From an uncultured bacterium (GTDB taxonomy: Bacteria > Patescibacteriota > Microgenomatia > Levybacterales > UBA12049), in NCBI GenBank assembly GCA_963826535.1, contig CAWGXL010000011.1, forward strand, positions 256,809 to 320,808: a stretch of 64,000 bases of DNA, read 5' to 3'. This document shows positions 8,050 to 17,363 of this stretch, piece by piece (the stretch's first letter is position 1; every line of letters starts with the position of its first letter). Under the pieces are notes generated by a model, which worked only from the letters and a program-made list of their open reading frames with translations, did not search any database and had not been told where the DNA came from. A program made the translations under genes and the position numbers.

Positions 8050-9632
8050 AAAAAAAGTTTTGGGATAAACGCATACCTTCTCTTCTAGGGCTCTTATTTT
8101 TAGCCATTTCGGTGGGTATGGTTGCGTGGTTTGGGGGAGGTTATACAGAACTCAGAGGAAGAGCTTCTGTTGAAGAAACTCCTAAAAATGTACAAATTTC
8201 TAATATAACTGACACATCCTTTACTGTTTTTTACACTACCGATATAAAGACGGAAGGCGCTGTAGCTTATGCCCGAGACCCGAGTTTCGGACAGGTAGGG
8301 CTTGACGACCGGGACCGGGAGAGCGGTAAACCCAGTTTGCGTCAGGTACACTACGTAACTCTAACACAACTCGATGCGGGCACGAAATATTATTTCGCGA
8401 TTCAGTCAGGAGCAACAACGCATCTAAATAATTCTCAACCATACGAGGTAACGACAGCGACAGTTAAGCTGGGGACTCCACCTAATAAGACTCCAATTGC
8501 AGGTACGGTTAATTTGGAGGATGGGAGTATTCCGCTGGAAGGAATTGTTTTTGTAGATACGTCGGCGTCCCCGCTCAGCGGGGCTGGGGCAAGCCCTTCG
8601 GCAGGCTTAGCGCCTAGCGGATCTGCGCAGACTTCGCAAATTCTATCCGTACTTCTGCGGGAAGACGGGAGTTATATCCTTCCTATTAGTTCCATGCGGA
8701 CAAAAGATCTGGCCACTTATATTGAATTTACTTCCGAAACTAAAATAAACCTGACCATTCTTAATGCAACAAGTCAGTCACGAGTCTCACTGCTCGCAAA
8801 TCAGACAAGTCCGGTTCCTTTGATTACATTATCCAAGGATTATGATTTTGCCGCTAATTCCCAGTCAATAACAAACCCCACAGCTTCCGGGTCCGGCACC
8901 ACGCTTAGCGGGGCCGGGGCTGCTTCTACTTCAGGTGAGTTAACTCCAAATGATTCCAATTCAGGATTTCCATTATTTCCCGCCACTGTTGCCAGCGGGC
9001 CGGCTATATTGACACCAGAAAACGATGAAAATTTTATTGACCCACAGCCTATATTTGCCGGAACGGCGCTGCCTAACGCAACAGTCGAAATTATAATTCA
9101 GTCAGATGAAACACTACAGGCAAGTGTTCAGTCGGATAATTTTGGTAATTGGCAATACCGGCCGCCTCTACCACTTACACCAGGCGAGCATATTTTTACA
9201 ATTATTGCCCGAGATACTAATGGCATCCTGCAGACTATTAATCGAAATTTTACTGTGTATGCGTCAGGCAGCCAATTTAACGAACCATCGATTGAGCCGA
9301 CAATTGATCCTAATGCAACTCCGACCAGTGCGGCTTCAGCTACACCAACACAATCCCCAACGCCTACAATAAATGTAACTCCTATATCACTGCCCACACC
9401 TACTACGTCATCTATTTCAGCTACGCCCGACTTGACACTAACAATTAGCCCGACACCAAATTTGGCGCTTACAATGGCCGCATTATCTGCGACCCCTGAT
9501 CCCGCTTCCCTTACAGCAACAGCCATGGCAACAGGCGCCACTATTGCTCCAAGCGGAAATTTTACATTGCTTTTTGCCGGTTTTATTGCTGCTCTTTCAA
9601 TTACCGCAGGTTTTGTGCTATTCTTCTTGTAG
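8046..9632 (+). CDS. Large surface protein with an Fn3-like domain, a T/P/S-rich linker and a C-terminal hydrophobic anchor
   Basis: N-terminal TM helix, an Fn3-like block (ISNITDTSFTVFYTTD...YYFAIQSG), Thr/Pro/Ser-rich tracts and a terminal TM segment (FAGFIAALSITAGFVLFFL). Confidence 0.6.
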   Translation: MKKKFWDKRIPSLLGLLFLAISVGMVAWFGGGYTELRGRASVEETPKNVQISNITDTSFTVFYTTDIKTEGAVAYARDPSFGQVGLDDRDRESGKPSLRQVHYVTLTQLDAGTKYYFAIQSGATTHLNNSQPYEVTTATVKLGTPPNKTPIAGTVNLEDGSIPLEGIVFVDTSASPLSGAGASPSAGLAPSGSAQTSQILSVLLREDGSYILPISSMRTKDLATYIEFTSETKINLTILNATSQSRVSLLANQTSPVPLITLSKDYDFAANSQSITNPTASGSGTTLSGAGAASTSGELTPNDSNSGFPLFPATVASGPAILTPENDENFIDPQPIFAGTALPNATVEIIIQSDETLQASVQSDNFGNWQYRPPLPLTPGEHIFTIIARDTNGILQTINRNFTVYASGSQFNEPSIEPTIDPNATPTSAASATPTQSPTPTINVTPISLPTPTTSSISATPDLTLTISPTPNLALTMAALSATPDPASLTATAMATGATIAPSGNFTLLFAGFIAALSITAGFVLFFL

Positions 9633-9647
9633 AAAAATTCCAGCGCT

Positions 9648-10556
9648 ATGACCTTTCTTGAGAAATTTGAGCTTCTGAAAAAATCTATTCCTGTTCCGGC
9701 TATTACAATAGGCCCAAATACGGTTGAGTGCGAATATTCAGATGCAATCTATATCGGTAAAAATTGTTATCACTGTTTTGACGGATATAAGATCTTTGAC
9801 AGTATGTTTACAAACTTTGGATGGGGAAATAAGGTTGTAGATTGCGAATATGTGACTGAATCTGAGAAAGTTTATGAATGCGTTGAATGTACTAAATGCT
9901 ATAACTCGACATTTCTAATAGACTGTAATAACTCGACAGATTGCCATTTTTCTTCATTATTAAATTCCTGCAGCGATTGTTTTGGATGTGTTGGTTTAAC
10001 TCACAAAAAATATTGTATTTTTAACCGGCAATATAGCAAAGAAGAATATCTGAAAAAAGTTGAAGAGTTAAAAAAACAAGAAGCTCAAAAGAATCTTAAG
10101 CAAATGCTTGAAATAAAACAGACAATTCCTCACCCGGCAAGCCAACAAGCCAATAACGAAAATTGCGCATATGGCAATTATATATATGGATCCAAAAACT
10201 GCTATTGGTGTTTTAATACATACTATAGTGAAAATTCAGGATTTACCTACTTCAGTGGAGCAGCGAAGAACTGTTGGGATATGTTTCAAGCAGGAGGTCA
10301 ACCGGATATTAAAATATTTTCAGAGCTTTGCTATGAGAATGTATATACAGATACATGTTACAATAGCGCATATTTAACATTTAGTGACAATTGTACAAAT
10401 TGCTCATACAGCGATCATCTTTTAAACTGCACCGATTGCTTCGGCTGCGTGGGGCTCAAAAATAAAAAATGCTGCATTTTAAATAATCAACTAAATCAAG
10501 TACAATACGAAAAAGCTGTAAAGAGCATAAAAAATGAGTTGGGATGGAAAAATTAG
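9648..10556 (+). CDS. Cys-rich repeat protein, paralog 3
   Basis: Same family. Starts 16 nt after the surface-protein gene. Confidence 0.85.
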   Translation: MTFLEKFELLKKSIPVPAITIGPNTVECEYSDAIYIGKNCYHCFDGYKIFDSMFTNFGWGNKVVDCEYVTESEKVYECVECTKCYNSTFLIDCNNSTDCHFSSLLNSCSDCFGCVGLTHKKYCIFNRQYSKEEYLKKVEELKKQEAQKNLKQMLEIKQTIPHPASQQANNENCAYGNYIYGSKNCYWCFNTYYSENSGFTYFSGAAKNCWDMFQAGGQPDIKIFSELCYENVYTDTCYNSAYLTFSDNCTNCSYSDHLLNCTDCFGCVGLKNKKCCILNNQLNQVQYEKAVKSIKNELGWKN

Positions 10557-10583
10557 AATCGATGAAAAATAATAATTAATGTT

Positions 10584-11480
10584 ATGACATTTTTAGAAAA
10601 ATATACATTGTTGAAAAAATCAATCCCAGTACCGGCGGTGACATTTGTGGGGAATATGGATTCCTCATACTCGAATTTTATGTGGTTGTGTAAAAATTGC
10701 CAATATTGTTTTCATGGATATAAACTTTATGATAGTTTATATGCAATCCACGCATGGGGACAAACTCTAGTTGACTGCCTTTATGTCACTGAATCCGAAA
10801 ATTGCTACGAATGTGTTGAATGTACAAAATGTTATGGTTCTACATACCTTATCGAAGGCAATAATTCGACAAATTGCCATTTTTCTGCACTTTTGAGCTC
10901 CTGCACCGATTGTTTTGGCTGCGTGGGGTTAACCAACAAAAAATATTGTATTTTTAATAAACAATTCTCAAAAGGAGATTACTTTGAGAAGTTAGAAGAA
11001 TTGAAAAAAGAACCATCAGAAAAGATCCTAACGCACATGTTTGATTTAAAAAAACAAATCCCCCATCCGGCAAGCCAGCAAGCTAATACTGAAAATTGTC
11101 CTTATGGAAATTATATATATGATTCAAAAAACAGTTATTGGTGTTTTAATAGTTATTATATAGAGAATAGCGGTTATAATACTTTTAGCGGATGGGCAAA
11201 AAACTGTTGGGATGTCTTTTTATTCGGAGAGCCTAATGGGGTTAATGAGTTATGTTATGAACATTTTTATACGGCACGATGTTTTAACTCAGCCTTTCTT
11301 ACTCATTCTACTGACTGTACCAATTGCCATAATAGTACGTATCTCAGAAACTGCTCAGACTGCTTCGGGTGTGTCGGACTAGCCAATAAAAAGTATTGCA
11401 TTTTGAATAATCAACTAACAAAAGACCAATATGAAATAGCTGTGAAAGAAATTAAGAAAGAATTGGGATGGAAAAATTAG
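10584..11480 (+). CDS. Cys-rich repeat protein, paralog 4
   Basis: Same family. Near-identical to paralog 6 in the N-terminal variable block. Confidence 0.85.
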   Translation: MTFLEKYTLLKKSIPVPAVTFVGNMDSSYSNFMWLCKNCQYCFHGYKLYDSLYAIHAWGQTLVDCLYVTESENCYECVECTKCYGSTYLIEGNNSTNCHFSALLSSCTDCFGCVGLTNKKYCIFNKQFSKGDYFEKLEELKKEPSEKILTHMFDLKKQIPHPASQQANTENCPYGNYIYDSKNSYWCFNSYYIENSGYNTFSGWAKNCWDVFLFGEPNGVNELCYEHFYTARCFNSAFLTHSTDCTNCHNSTYLRNCSDCFGCVGLANKKYCILNNQLTKDQYEIAVKEIKKELGWKN

Positions 11481-11508
11481 AATCGATGAAAAATAAAATT
11501 AAAATAGT

Positions 11509-12408
11509 ATGACATTTATTGAAAATTATGAGGTCCTGAAAAAATCTATTCCTGTTCCGGCTGTCTGGATTGATACGGTTACTAAAGACGCTGACTATAT
11601 TGATTATACTTATAGAAGCAAAGGCAGCTATTATGCTTTTGGGGGGTATTATCTTGAAGACTGTTTGTATACGGAATTTTGCGGCTGGGGGAATAAGCTT
11701 GTAGATTCACATTCAGTTACGAAAGCAGAAAAATGTTACTTTTGTATTAATTGCGACCAATGTCATAACTGTAGTTATCTAATGGATTGCAATAGCTGTA
11801 CAGATTGCCACTTCTCTGCATTTTTAAGTTCCTGCAACGATTGTTTTGGCTGCGTTGCTTTAACTCATAAAAAATATTGTATTTTTAACAAACAGTATAC
11901 AAAGCAAGAATATTTTAAAAAAGTAAAAGAATTAAAAAAAGAGGAACCTGATAATATCTTTGCACTAATGTTTGAGTTAAAAGAAAAAATTCCGCATCCT
12001 GCAAGCCGGCAAGTCGATAACGTAAATTGTCCTTATGGAAATTACATATACAATTCAAAAAACTGTTATTGGTCTTTTGGTACTTTTGAAAGCACAAACA
12101 GCGGTTATACTTATTATTGTTCGAGATTAAAAAATTGTTGGGACGTGTTCAGTTCAGGCGGAGAGCAGGGTACTGCGAAATGTTATTCTATTGTGAGTAC
12201 ACAGAACAGCGTTGACTCTGCGTTTTTAGATTTCTGTGAAGGATGTAGTAATTGTTATTATAGTCTTAGTTTGATAAACTGCACCGATTGTTTCGGTTGT
12301 GTGGGACTTAAAAATAAAAAATATTGTATTTTGAATAATCAGTTAACTAAAGAGAAATACGAAAGAGCAATGAAGAGCATCATAAAAGAATTAGAGTGGA
12401 AATTTTAG
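11509..12408 (+). CDS. Cys-rich repeat protein, paralog 5
   Basis: Same family. Confidence 0.85.
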   Translation: MTFIENYEVLKKSIPVPAVWIDTVTKDADYIDYTYRSKGSYYAFGGYYLEDCLYTEFCGWGNKLVDSHSVTKAEKCYFCINCDQCHNCSYLMDCNSCTDCHFSAFLSSCNDCFGCVALTHKKYCIFNKQYTKQEYFKKVKELKKEEPDNIFALMFELKEKIPHPASRQVDNVNCPYGNYIYNSKNCYWSFGTFESTNSGYTYYCSRLKNCWDVFSSGGEQGTAKCYSIVSTQNSVDSAFLDFCEGCSNCYYSLSLINCTDCFGCVGLKNKKYCILNNQLTKEKYERAMKSIIKELEWKF

Positions 12409-12465
12409 TGGGTGAGACTCGTCATTTTTTTTGTAAAAATTGTTCACTATGGTATACTAAGCGTG

Positions 12466-12705
12466 ATGAAGACTACGCGGTACTTTAGAGAACAAGTATT
12501 GCGTAAAAGATCTTTTATAAAGCAGTCATGGATCAAGCTAGCGCTTGCAAGACCGGATAAAAAGGAGATTCAAACAGACGGAAGAATGCGTTACTGGATT
12601 TATATATCAACCCTTAGGAAATATTTACGGGTTGTTACTTTATCAGACGGCGAGACGGTACATAACGCATTCCCGGATAGAAATTATAAAAAGGAAAAGC
12701 TATGA
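12466..12705 (+). CDS. DUF4258-family protein (toxin-like)
   Basis: Probable ATG at 12466, preceded by TTGTAA-16-TATACT at 12431-12459. Paired by a 4-nt overlap with the DUF2283-like gene. Confidence 0.5.
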   Translation: MKTTRYFREQVLRKRSFIKQSWIKLALARPDKKEIQTDGRMRYWIYISTLRKYLRVVTLSDGETVHNAFPDRNYKKEKL

Positions 12706-12917
12706 AATTTAACTATTATAAAGACACAGATTCACTCTATATTGATCTTTCTGAAAAAAAAAGTGTGGATTCCAAAGAAGTGAGTCCGGGAATTGTGCTG
12801 GATTTTGATGCAAAAGGAAATCTGGTTGGCATTGATATAGATCACGCAAGTAAGCATGTTAATTTAAAACGCCTGGAAACAGAAGGCGTTTCCTTTTCTA
12901 CAATTGTCTCGACATAA
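12702..12917 (+). CDS. DUF2283-family protein (antitoxin-like)
   Basis: MKFNYYKDTDSLYIDLSEKK... typical of DUF2283 (YDxxxDxLYI). Confidence 0.55.
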   Translation: MKFNYYKDTDSLYIDLSEKKSVDSKEVSPGIVLDFDAKGNLVGIDIDHASKHVNLKRLETEGVSFSTIVST

Positions 12918-12938
12918 CCCTTTGTTGAGGTTTCAATC

Positions 12939-13835
12939 ATGACCTTTCTTGAAAAATACGGGCTACTGGAAAAATCCGTTCCTATACCGGCGGTGACATT
13001 TATGGGGAATATGGATTCTTCATTTTCGGATTTTATGTGGATGTGTAAAAATTGCCAATATTGTTTTTTTGGATATAAACTTTATGACAGTCTCTATGCA
13101 ATCCATTCATGGGGGCAAACTCTAGTTGACTGCCTTTATGTCACCGAATCCGAAAATTGTTATGAATGTGTTGAATGCACAAAATGCTTTGGCTCTACAT
13201 ATCTTATAGATTGCGATAATAGTACAGATTGTCATTTTTCCGCACTACTCAACTCCTGCAACGATTGCTTCGGGTGTGTGGGTTTGAAACATAAGAGAAA
13301 CTGCATTTTTAATAAACAATACACCAAGGAAGAATATTTTAAAAAGCACGAAGAATTGAAAAATGAAAATCCCCAAAAGATGCTTAAGCAAATGCTTGAG
13401 TTAAAACAACAAATACCGCATCCGGCAAGCCAACAAGCCAATACTGAAAATTGTCCATATGGCAACTATATTTATGATTCAAATAGCAGTTATTGGTGTT
13501 TTAATAGCTACTATATTGAGAATTGCGGATATAATACTAATAGCGCTTGGGCAAAAAACTGTTGGGACGTATTCAAGTTTGGAGATCCTAAGGGAACTAA
13601 TGAATTGTGCTATGAACATTTCTATACGACGCTGTGTTATAACTCTGCCTTTCTTACACATTCTACCAGCTGTACCGAATGCCATTATAGTTCTTATTTA
13701 AGTAACTGCTCCAATTGCTTCGGATGTTTCGGGTTAAAGAATAAAAAATATTGTATTTTGAATAATCAGTTAACTAAAGAACAATATGAAAGCGCTGTAA
13801 AAGAAATTAGGAAAGAGCTTGGGTGGAAAATTTAG
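12939..13835 (+). CDS. Cys-rich repeat protein, paralog 6
   Basis: Same family. Confidence 0.85.
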   Translation: MTFLEKYGLLEKSVPIPAVTFMGNMDSSFSDFMWMCKNCQYCFFGYKLYDSLYAIHSWGQTLVDCLYVTESENCYECVECTKCFGSTYLIDCDNSTDCHFSALLNSCNDCFGCVGLKHKRNCIFNKQYTKEEYFKKHEELKNENPQKMLKQMLELKQQIPHPASQQANTENCPYGNYIYDSNSSYWCFNSYYIENCGYNTNSAWAKNCWDVFKFGDPKGTNELCYEHFYTTLCYNSAFLTHSTSCTECHYSSYLSNCSNCFGCFGLKNKKYCILNNQLTKEQYESAVKEIRKELGWKI

Positions 13836-13836
13836 T

Positions 13837-15096
13837 ATGAAAATTGCAATTATTGGGGCGGGGTTTACTGGGCTAACGGCCGCATATAAGATGGCTAAAG
13901 GAGGGCATAAAGTTACAGTTTTTGAAAAAGACAGTCAGCCGGGCGGTCTGGCAATTGGGTATAAGGAAAAAGGGTGGGATTGGACATTGGAGGCGTTTTA
14001 TCATCATTGGTTCACTAACGACTTCGCAGTACTAACTCTGGCAAAAGAACTAAATTTCCCGGTAATTATCAAGCGGCCGAAAACTTCTCAGCTTGTTGAC
14101 GGACAAATTGTCCAACTTGACTCACCCTCTACGCTCCTCGCATTTAAAAAGCTCTCAATTCCTGAACGAATACAGATGGGGTTTGTGCTGGCATTTCTAC
14201 GTTATAATCCCGTTTGGAAACCACTTGAACGGGTAACTGCAACTGCGTTTTTAGCAAAAACTATTGGAAGGCGCGCATATAAAATTATGTGGGAACCATT
14301 ATTGGTGGGCAAGTTTGGGAAATATGCGGATCAAATTTCTCTGGCTTGGTTTTGGGCACGAATAGCAAAACGGACGACAAATCTTGCATATCCGGAGGGA
14401 GGCTTTCTTCGATTTGCGAAACACCTGGAAAACGCTATAAAACAAAAAGGCGGAGTTATTAATTATAACGCATCAATTGATACAATTGCAGAAAAAAACG
14501 GGAAAGTAAAGATAGGAAAGTTTGGCTTATTTGATAAAGCTATTGTCACTCTTCCTTCATTTGCATTTTTAAAGCTTGCTCCGCAACTGCCGCCGCAGTA
14601 TCAAGCGTCACTTATGCAGCTTAAAGGTCTTGGGGCAATTGTGGTTGTGATGCGACTTAAGAAACCATTTTTCCCTGATGATACTTATTGGCTAAGTGTG
14701 TGTGATAAAAAAGCACCGGTCCTGGCAATTGTTGAACACACAAATATTATGAACAGTAAACACTATAATAATGAGCATCTTGTATACCTCGGGAACTACC
14801 TGCCAAAGGAACATAAATACTACTCTTTGACAGCTGAAGAACTACTCAAGACATTTGACCCGTTTCTAAAAACAATTAATCCTGATTATAATAAGTCACT
14901 AATAGGAGTGAAAAAATTCGATGTCCCGTTTGCGCAACCTATTATCCCAATTAACTATTCTCATATGATTCCCCCATTTGAAACGCCTATAAAAAATGTT
15001 TATCTGGCAAATATGCAACAGGTGTATCCATGGGACCGGGGAACGAATTATGCTGTGGAATTGGGAGAAAAAGTTGCAAAGTTAATCGGCGGATAA
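13837..15096 (+). CDS. FAD/NAD(P)-binding oxidoreductase (amine oxidase / phytoene desaturase-like)
   Basis: MKIAIIGAGFTGLTAAYKMAKGGHKVTVFEKDSQPGGL Rossmann motif. ATG one nt after the paralog 6 stop. Confidence 0.7.
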   Translation: MKIAIIGAGFTGLTAAYKMAKGGHKVTVFEKDSQPGGLAIGYKEKGWDWTLEAFYHHWFTNDFAVLTLAKELNFPVIIKRPKTSQLVDGQIVQLDSPSTLLAFKKLSIPERIQMGFVLAFLRYNPVWKPLERVTATAFLAKTIGRRAYKIMWEPLLVGKFGKYADQISLAWFWARIAKRTTNLAYPEGGFLRFAKHLENAIKQKGGVINYNASIDTIAEKNGKVKIGKFGLFDKAIVTLPSFAFLKLAPQLPPQYQASLMQLKGLGAIVVVMRLKKPFFPDDTYWLSVCDKKAPVLAIVEHTNIMNSKHYNNEHLVYLGNYLPKEHKYYSLTAEELLKTFDPFLKTINPDYNKSLIGVKKFDVPFAQPIIPINYSHMIPPFETPIKNVYLANMQQVYPWDRGTNYAVELGEKVAKLIGG

Positions 15097-15122
15097 TACT
15101 CTATGCTATAATTCTAACCGGC

Positions 15123-16338
15123 ATGAAAAGACTCTCTATTTCCAAACGGGCAAAAGCTGCTCCTCCTTCACCTGTGAGAAAATTAGTTCCGCTTTCAGAG
15201 GAAACTAAAAAAAGAGGCATAAAGATATATCACATTAATATTGGCGATCCTGATTTCGACGCGCCTGATAAAATTTTACAAACGCTTAAAAAGTTTGCAC
15301 AGATAGCCAAACGTCTACCGTATTCAAGCTCTAAAGGACTCATGACTACAATTCTTGCTTGGCAAAAGTATTATAGCGACATCGGCATTAAACTAACTGA
15401 AGACGAAATTATCATTACCAGCGGGGGTGGCGAAGGACTGGTCATTGTTTCAGCCATTGTCGCGGATCCGGGAGACGAGCTAATTGTCTTTGAGCCGTTC
15501 TACGCCAATTATGCCGCTTTTGCTAATCAAGCAACAGCTAAGATAATTCCAGTCACGTTGAATAAAAAGAATAATTACCACCTACCAAAACGGGCGGAAA
15601 TCATTGCAAAGATAACACCGAAAACGCGCGCCATTTATTTCACCAATCCCAATAATCCAACCGGAACTGTATTTACAAAAGAAGAAGTAAAGATGGTTGT
15701 GCAAATCGCTTACGAATACGGAATATTTCTCGTAAGCGATGAGACGTATCACGGCATCGCGTTTGACGGGAAAAAAAGTTTCAGCGCGCTGCACGAAGCC
15801 AGCGATGCCCAAAAGCAAAATATTATCATTATTGACAGCGTATCGAAGAAACTAAATGTCCCGGGGGCACGAATCGGCGCTATTATTTCCAAAAACAAAC
15901 AGGTAATTGACTCAGCTTTTCGATTTGCGCAAGGCAGACTTTCGGTTGCATATTTGGAGCAAGAAATTGTTGCTCCAATGTTACTTGACAGCTTAGATTA
16001 TATCGCTTTGTTATCTAAAAAATATCAAAAAAGAAGAGATGTATTTATCGCGAGCTTAAGCCGCGAACTTGGAATACATATCCCAGCCACAGAAGGCGCA
16101 TTTTATACTATGGTAAAACTGCCGGTCGCAGATACTGAAAAATTTGCCAAATGGCTGCTTACAGATTTTCAAGATAATAATGAAACTGTCATGGTTGCAC
16201 CCGGCGCAGGATTTTACGCGAGCCCGGGTCAAGGCAGGGGACGAAATTCGCGTTGCGTATGTATTAAACGAAAAAGGTCTGGCACGCTCCGCACAACTCC
16301 TCAGTATTGCAGTAAAACGCTATAATTCCAGTTTATAA
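15123..16338 (+). CDS. Class I/II PLP-dependent aminotransferase with an apparent frameshift at the GGGG run 16237-16240
   Basis: N-terminal and central regions are aminotransferase-like. The C-terminal continuation (DEIRVAYVLNEKGLARSAQLL) is in another frame (ORF 16144..16338). Confidence 0.7.
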
Positions 16339-16383
16339 ATTTTATATTGTCAAAGTTGTTAATCTGCCAGTTTGCTTAAGTGG

Positions 16384-17343
16384 TTATTCTCCAATAATTT
16401 TGTAGGGAGTAGGATGAAGACTAGATTGGTTGGTGATTGAGTAAAAAATAGCAGCTCTTGTTTCATTTCTTGGGTATTCTTGAAATCCTATTTTGGGAGT
16501 TGGTTCAGGGAATACTTGAGGCATTAGCGATTGCGGTATTGCTTCATACCTATTGCACATTCTTAACGCCCGAATAGCTTGAGGGCCTAATACAAAATCT
16601 ATCTTATCTCCTGGTTTAAAAAGGTTTGAGTTGTTTATTAAATATTGCTTTAAAACCAATACTTGACCGATCGTATTGTCTATAGGTTTATCATCAAGTC
16701 TATCAATTATGTCTACCATAACCGGGGGTATAAATGAACTTTGTGAGTTAACCACTTTGCGTATAGCATCAGCTTCTTGCTGGTTGCCTAGATAGAGAAA
16801 GTGAATATTTGCGTCTTGAATACTGCTTCGCACACTAGGGCGAAGGTCATTTAATTCTGGGTCTAACCCGTCAAGTAGACGATTTTTGGTGAAGACTGAA
16901 TAATCATTATTTGTGGCGATGCCGGCAAGATGGATACCGAGTATGGCTGCTGTATCGGCCCGTTTTCTGTCCATTAGCTCAGCCCATGGCTTATCTTTAA
17001 AGCGATCTTCCTTGAATGGTAAAAGATAAGTTCCCCGGGCTGACAAATTGACAATAAGCCGTGTAAGGTGCGCCTCGCTCTTTGATATATTCCATTTCTC
17101 AGGATTTCGTGCAGCCAACTCTATTCTATTAATTTCACTTAGGCATTCAGTGGCTAATAGAACTAACTGCTTATTTGTTCTTCCCAAACTTCCTTTTTGA
17201 TGGCGGGCTCTTTTAATATCCGTTTTACTATCATTTAATACTTTTTCAGTTGTGGGTAGATCATCTTTTTGATATTCAGCATATTCAGGCATTAAACGTC
17301 TATACTGGATTATTCGGTCTGCATCAATTGAGCTTTCAGACAT
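16384..17343 (-). CDS. Hypothetical protein (319 aa)
   Basis: Long ORF with no recognisable motif. Confidence 0.5.
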   Translation of the reverse strand: MSESSIDADRIIQYRRLMPEYAEYQKDDLPTTEKVLNDSKTDIKRARHQKGSLGRTNKQLVLLATECLSEINRIELAARNPEKWNISKSEAHLTRLIVNLSARGTYLLPFKEDRFKDKPWAELMDRKRADTAAILGIHLAGIATNNDYSVFTKNRLLDGLDPELNDLRPSVRSSIQDANIHFLYLGNQQEADAIRKVVNSQSSFIPPVMVDIIDRLDDKPIDNTIGQVLVLKQYLINNSNLFKPGDKIDFVLGPQAIRALRMCNRYEAIPQSLMPQVFPEPTPKIGFQEYPRNETRAAIFYSITNQSSLHPTPYKIIGE

Positions 17344-17363
17344 AATTGTAATAAATCAAATTT

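Noticed and set aside
1803-13835. Diversity-generating retroelement acting on the Cys-rich paralogs
   Set aside because: Hypervariable blocks plus conserved flanks suggested a DGR. No reverse-transcriptase-like ORF or template-repeat copy of a variable block is present. The variation is not restricted to adenine-coded positions.
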